This document shows, piece after piece, positions 60,263 to 64,000 of a stretch of 64,000 bases of DNA. Position 1 is the first letter of the stretch. The number at the start of each line of letters is the position of its first letter. The stretch lies in assembly GCA_039818205.1 (NCBI GenBank), contig JBCBUK010000004.1, forward strand, positions 104,302 to 168,301. Direction: 5' to 3'. The translations under genes and the position numbers were made by a program. The notes under the pieces are model-generated. The model made no database searches, was not told where the DNA came from, and saw nothing but the letters and a program-made list of their open reading frames with translations. The DNA comes from Verrucomicrobiota bacterium (GTDB lineage: Bacteria > Verrucomicrobiota > Verrucomicrobiia > Opitutales > Cerasicoccaceae).

Positions 60263-61084
60263 ATGGCTTTCAATTTAAAGAAAATCCTGCGCGCCCTGCT
60301 TCTCTCAACCTCGGACCCATTATCAATCCGGGACATTCAAGCGGTCATCACCCGTTATCACCAGCAGGCGGGCGACGAACCCGAAGAACCAACGGTCGCG
60401 GTGAAAAGCTCGCGCCCACCATTTGAGCCGGAGCAAGGCGAGTTGAATGACATCATGGATCAAGTGCCGACCTTGCTTACGGCGACTCAGATCCGTGAGG
60501 CCATGGATTCGATTTCGGCTGAGCTTGTTGAAAAACAGGAGGTTTACCGAGTCGTGCAAGGGCCTGCGGGTTACCGGATTACGACGGCGCCCAATTACGC
60601 TGATTGGGTTCGTCTCTTGCGCAATGAAGCGCGACCGATGCGTCTTTCGCAGGCGGCCATGGAGACCATGGCCATCGTTGGTTACCGCCAGCCGGTTACT
60701 CGCGCGGAGCTTGAGGCCATTCGCGGAGTTTCCGCTGATGGCGCAATTAATCGTTTGATGGAACATGAGCTCGTGATGGTTACCGGGAGGGCAGACCTGC
60801 CTGGTCGGCCCATTCAGTATGGCACCACCGACAAGTTTCTGGAGTTTATCGGGATTCAAACCATCGACGAATTACCGGCGTCCGATGTGCTTTCGCCCAG
60901 CCAGATTACGGAGTGGATCCGCCAAGCGACGCAGAGCGATCAGGAGATTTCTGATCAGGATGTTGGCTTACCGGCGGAAGACTCAGCGCAAACTGAGCTG
61001 CCAACCGAAGCGGTTGACGATTCAGCCGAACCCGATGGAACCGAGGAGATGGATCCCGGAGCGCCGAAAACGGAGTCGATTTAG
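60263..61084 (+). CDS. scpB: SMC-Scp complex subunit ScpB
   Basis: LSQAAMETMAIVGYRQPVTRAELEAIRGV, PGRPIQYGTT..FL. Confidence 0.95.
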   Translation: MAFNLKKILRALLLSTSDPLSIRDIQAVITRYHQQAGDEPEEPTVAVKSSRPPFEPEQGELNDIMDQVPTLLTATQIREAMDSISAELVEKQEVYRVVQGPAGYRITTAPNYADWVRLLRNEARPMRLSQAAMETMAIVGYRQPVTRAELEAIRGVSADGAINRLMEHELVMVTGRADLPGRPIQYGTTDKFLEFIGIQTIDELPASDVLSPSQITEWIRQATQSDQEISDQDVGLPAEDSAQTELPTEAVDDSAEPDGTEEMDPGAPKTESI

Positions 61085-62428
61085 TTAATCTCCTTTCGGG
61101 GCCAGTTTCCGTTGCGGATTGACGATATTCAGACAGAGAAAAAAGAGCACAAAACTTAAGGCGACGCCGACGAATACGGCTGGCATGTAGCCCGATGTGG
61201 TGATCTCGCTCAGGTCGAAGAAGACCGGCCCCAGGGCGCTGGAGATCACCATGATCATTGCGACCCAACTGCTGATTTTTCCCAGGTGCCGGCGTCCGTA
61301 GTAACGTGGCCAGGTCACGGTGAGTAGGGTGCCAAATGCGCCCCAACTGATTCCGGTCCCGACGACGTAGAGGATTTCTCCGAAAGTCGTCCCTAGCTGG
61401 GTAAAGCCATACATGCCAAATCCCATGCTGGAGGAGGCCAGCAAGTAGGAATACTTCAAACGGAAGCGTCCGGTCATCCAGCCAATGACGAAGCTGGCCG
61501 GAATGTTGATGAAGATCGTTTTGGCGAAGATGCGATAGAGGTCGTGCTCAGTCATGCCGAGCTCCGCCGATAAACTTGGCGCGTGGAATCCGAGTGCGGT
61601 CCCAATGAATCCGTTTAAGCCAATATAGGCCGCGAAGACCCAGAAGGCAAAAGTTCTGAGGGCTTCCGGCGCGGTGAAGTCTTTGTGGATGGCAAATTCC
61701 GGGTCGTTATCCTTTTCGTTGGCCGGGCCGGATCCTCCATCGATTTCCAGGCCGCATTCCTCGGGATTGTCCCGAAATACCAGCCAACAGAAAAACGCGC
61801 CAAAGCTGACCAAAAATAAGCCAATGCCCATCCAGGCCTGTCGCCACCCACCCAGCCACTGCATGATGTAGTAAAGGGTCAAAAGCGCGCAGGTGAATGC
61901 GATGGCAACGGGGACGCCACTGATCGCACTGGCCAGACCACGTTTGCGGTCAAACCACTTGCCAATCATGATGCGCGAGATAATAGAGAACACCCCTTGG
62001 CCCCAAAACCGGATCGCAAAAAAGGTTAGGGTGACCGCTGGCAAGCTCAGCCAAAGCGGCGTACCTCCCGCAAAAAAGCGAAGGATGCGGTCCAATTGGG
62101 AAATGACAATAAGCGCGAGGCCCAATGCGATCGACGCCGCAACGCCGACCTTGCGCACGCCGATTCGATCGAAAACGCCGCCAATCGTGGGCAGAAACAA
62201 ACCTGAAACGACTGTCCCAATCATGTAGGTCACACTCAGTTGCCAGCTGGTGACATCAAGCGCGGCCATCAGGTGTTCCTTAAATGGCCCGAGCCCGGCC
62301 GTTTGCCCGGGTAGGCTAAACAGCATCGATGCCGTGCCTGCCGCAATAATCACCCATCCGTAGAAGAACGGAAAGCTGGCCGGCCGAAACGGGACGTTGG
62401 GCGCGAATATGCGGTTGAGCCATTGCAT
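61085..62428 (-). CDS. MFS transporter
   Basis: FFYGW, PGQT, DRIGVR, WFDRKRG, RYYGRRHLG. Confidence 0.88.
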   Translation of the reverse strand: MQWLNRIFAPNVPFRPASFPFFYGWVIIAAGTASMLFSLPGQTAGLGPFKEHLMAALDVTSWQLSVTYMIGTVVSGLFLPTIGGVFDRIGVRKVGVAASIALGLALIVISQLDRILRFFAGGTPLWLSLPAVTLTFFAIRFWGQGVFSIISRIMIGKWFDRKRGLASAISGVPVAIAFTCALLTLYYIMQWLGGWRQAWMGIGLFLVSFGAFFCWLVFRDNPEECGLEIDGGSGPANEKDNDPEFAIHKDFTAPEALRTFAFWVFAAYIGLNGFIGTALGFHAPSLSAELGMTEHDLYRIFAKTIFINIPASFVIGWMTGRFRLKYSYLLASSSMGFGMYGFTQLGTTFGEILYVVGTGISWGAFGTLLTVTWPRYYGRRHLGKISSWVAMIMVISSALGPVFFDLSEITTSGYMPAVFVGVALSFVLFFLCLNIVNPQRKLAPKGD

Positions 62429-62537
62429 TGGGAAACGGGTCAAGCTATCCGAATCCGATTTGAGCACAACTCACGAATTCTATTCCTTGAGAGTTTCTCC
62501 GCATTGACTTGCCAGCCTAGACTTCCAAGCTTTTGGC

Positions 62538-62996
62538 ATGTCTATTGAAGCCCGTCTCGAGGAACTCGGTTTTTCGCTCCCGCCTGCACCCGCACCGGCG
62601 GGTAGCTACGTGCCCTTTGTTCAAGTTGGCAATGTCCTGCACCTTGCGGGTGCGATTTGCTTGAAAGATGGTGAGATGAGCCACACTGGCAAAGTCGGAA
62701 AATTACGTGATTTGGCCTATGGGCAGAAAGCAGCCGAGGTGTGCGCTTTGAATTCGATGGCGGTCATCAAGTCCGCAGTTGGCAGTTTGGACAAGGTCAA
62801 GCGCATCGTCTTCGTGAACGGTTTCGTCAACGCGGATGAGGGCTTCACCGATAGCCCAGCGGTGATCAACGGCGCCTCAGATCTCTTGGTGAACGTCTTT
62901 GGTGAGAAGGGAAAGCACGCTCGCGCGGCGGTCGCCGTTAGTGGGTTACCCAAAGACAGCACCGTCGAGATCCAGTTGATCGTCGAGGTCGAATAG
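62538..62996 (+). CDS. RidA/YjgF superfamily protein (Rid1-like)
   Basis: GSYVP, VINGASDL, GKHARAAV, LP...VEI. Confidence 0.9.
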   Translation: MSIEARLEELGFSLPPAPAPAGSYVPFVQVGNVLHLAGAICLKDGEMSHTGKVGKLRDLAYGQKAAEVCALNSMAVIKSAVGSLDKVKRIVFVNGFVNADEGFTDSPAVINGASDLLVNVFGEKGKHARAAVAVSGLPKDSTVEIQLIVEVE

Positions 62997-63003
62997 ACAG
63001 CGA

Positions 63004-63396
63004 CTAATATTTCCAGGTCGGTTCCGGGAATTTCCAGCCTTTGGCGCGCTTTCTGGGTTCGGGCGCTAATGCGTCGGTAGGACCGTCAACGGTCAAAATA
63101 TAAGGTGTGCAGGTCCCCTCGGTGATTCGTTTCTCGGTCACACGGAAGCGTTTTCCTGGGCTATAGTCGTAGTCGGACGGCAGGTCTTCGCGGGAGTAGG
63201 GGACCACGCTCTCGTTGATCAGAAAGCGAACCTGTTCCTGGTCGGCATCGGATACCACCGCGATCGCCGTCTTTTCGCTGTATTGGCATGGGCCACCAAT
63301 GAGCTCAGTTGCTGGCGGTGGACTTTGGCTGTCGTTTCGGCACCCGATCGTTGCGATGGCAAAACAGGCGAATAACGGGACGAGTAATAGGCGCAT
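63004..63396 (-). CDS. hypothetical lipoprotein
   Basis: Lipobox TIGC; GGPC.Y...GTCTP cysteine pair. Confidence 0.6.
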   Translation of the reverse strand: MRLLLVPLFACFAIATIGCRNDSQSPPPATELIGGPCQYSEKTAIAVVSDADQEQVRFLINESVVPYSREDLPSDYDYSPGKRFRVTEKRITEGTCTPYILTVDGPTDALAPEPRKRAKGWKFPEPTWKY

Positions 63397-63434
63397 TTGC
63401 GTATTATGTCCGCGATCTCTCATTGGGTCAAGGG

Positions 63435-63773
63435 CTAGGGCGAATCATCGAAGGTCGAATCGTGGACCCAGGAGGCATACTCAGGATGCCCGGTGTCGGC
63501 ATGGGTCACAATCCACTGTGGGACATCGTAGGGGTGGAGCTCTTGGAGGGCATCGCGGACTTCGCCTTCTTTGTGGGAAGCAAACTTGAATATTACCCGG
63601 TATTCTTCGTCCTCGACCTTACCCTTCCAGCGATAAATCGAAGTGACGGGCCCGGTGATTTGGGCGCAGGCAATGAGGCCTTTATCAACGAGCGCGTGGC
63701 TAATGCTTTCCGCGTCGTTGCGGGTTGGAGTCGTGCTCCAGCCAATGGAAATCGGTTGCGACGAATCATTCAT
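63435..63773 (-). CDS. cutA: divalent-cation tolerance protein CutA
   Basis: LIACAQI, SIYRWKG, HPYDVP, Y..W. Confidence 0.93.
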   Translation of the reverse strand: MNDSSQPISIGWSTTPTRNDAESISHALVDKGLIACAQITGPVTSIYRWKGKVEDEEYRVIFKFASHKEGEVRDALQELHPYDVPQWIVTHADTGHPEYASWVHDSTFDDSP

Positions 63774-63845
63774 GCTTCAATTGAATCGAATCTAATGGCG
63801 TTCGTCAATCTTGCCGCAGAGTTGTCGAATTCTTGAGCAAAATAG

Positions 63846-63878
63846 AAAGGCTTACTCTGCTGTGCAAAGTAAGCCTTT
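63846..63878. terminator. hairpin/terminator after the M20 peptidase
   Basis: AAAGGCTTACT...AGTAAGCCTTT perfect 11-bp inverted repeat. Confidence 0.65.
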
Positions 63879-63896
63879 GAGGAAACTTTGAAATGA

Positions 63897-64000
63897 CTAC
63901 TTTTTCGCGAGCTCTTCGAACAGACGTTCGTAAAGTGCAGTGCCTCGCTCGATGATCTTCATGTGCATGGATTCATCGGGAGCATGCAGGTTGTCTTCTT
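63897..64000 (-). CDS. C-terminal fragment of an M20 family peptidase (runs off the window)
   Basis: Manual translation EDNLHAPDESMHMKIIERGTALYERLFEELAKK*; HAPxE is the M20 C-terminal metal-ligand motif. Confidence 0.65.
   Translation of the reverse strand, partial: EDNLHAPDESMHMKIIERGTALYERLFEELAKK

Noticed and set aside
60048..60278. 76-aa ORF before scpB
   Set aside because: No motif, overlaps the likely scpB promoter and start; unsupported

Overview
A gene-dense bacterial chromosomal segment of moderate GC. Two PEP-CTERM proteins, the dnaB-bamA-skp-lpxD-prs arrangement and a Lys-rich PpdK N-terminus suggest Verrucomicrobiota (Opitutia/Puniceicoccales-like); this is an inference. Most of the window is housekeeping: prs, lpxD, skp, bamA, dnaB, folB/folP, gabD, nadE, ppdK, tatC, mpl, pyrE, aroE, pilD, recO, rplU/rpmA, scpB, cutA. 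An accessory block at about 18.5-40 kb holds the most interesting material. (1) An NsrR-headed operon: Rrf2 regulator, DUF3365 heme-c lipoprotein, cytochrome c5, group I truncated globin, a NirB-like FAD/[2Fe-2S] protein that lacks the siroheme domain and is instead fused to a His-rich membrane domain, and an 11-heme cytochrome c. This looks like an uncharacterised NAD(P)H-to-periplasm electron conduit for NO/nitrite handling. (2) A divergent split glycine-decarboxylase-like pair (gcvPA/PB, no gcvT/H) tightly coupled to a receiver protein and a WspA-type chemoreceptor with an amine-receptor-like dCache domain. (3) A lone attC-like gene cassette. Also seen: a tandem hydrolase pair whose 3' halves are about 99% identical while the 5' halves are diverged, a degenerate ABC pair coupled to folP/folB, and a motif-degenerate SPOUT protein. 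No rRNA, tRNA, CRISPR array, transposase or integrase was recognised. Family assignments come from motif recognition by eye, not database searches.
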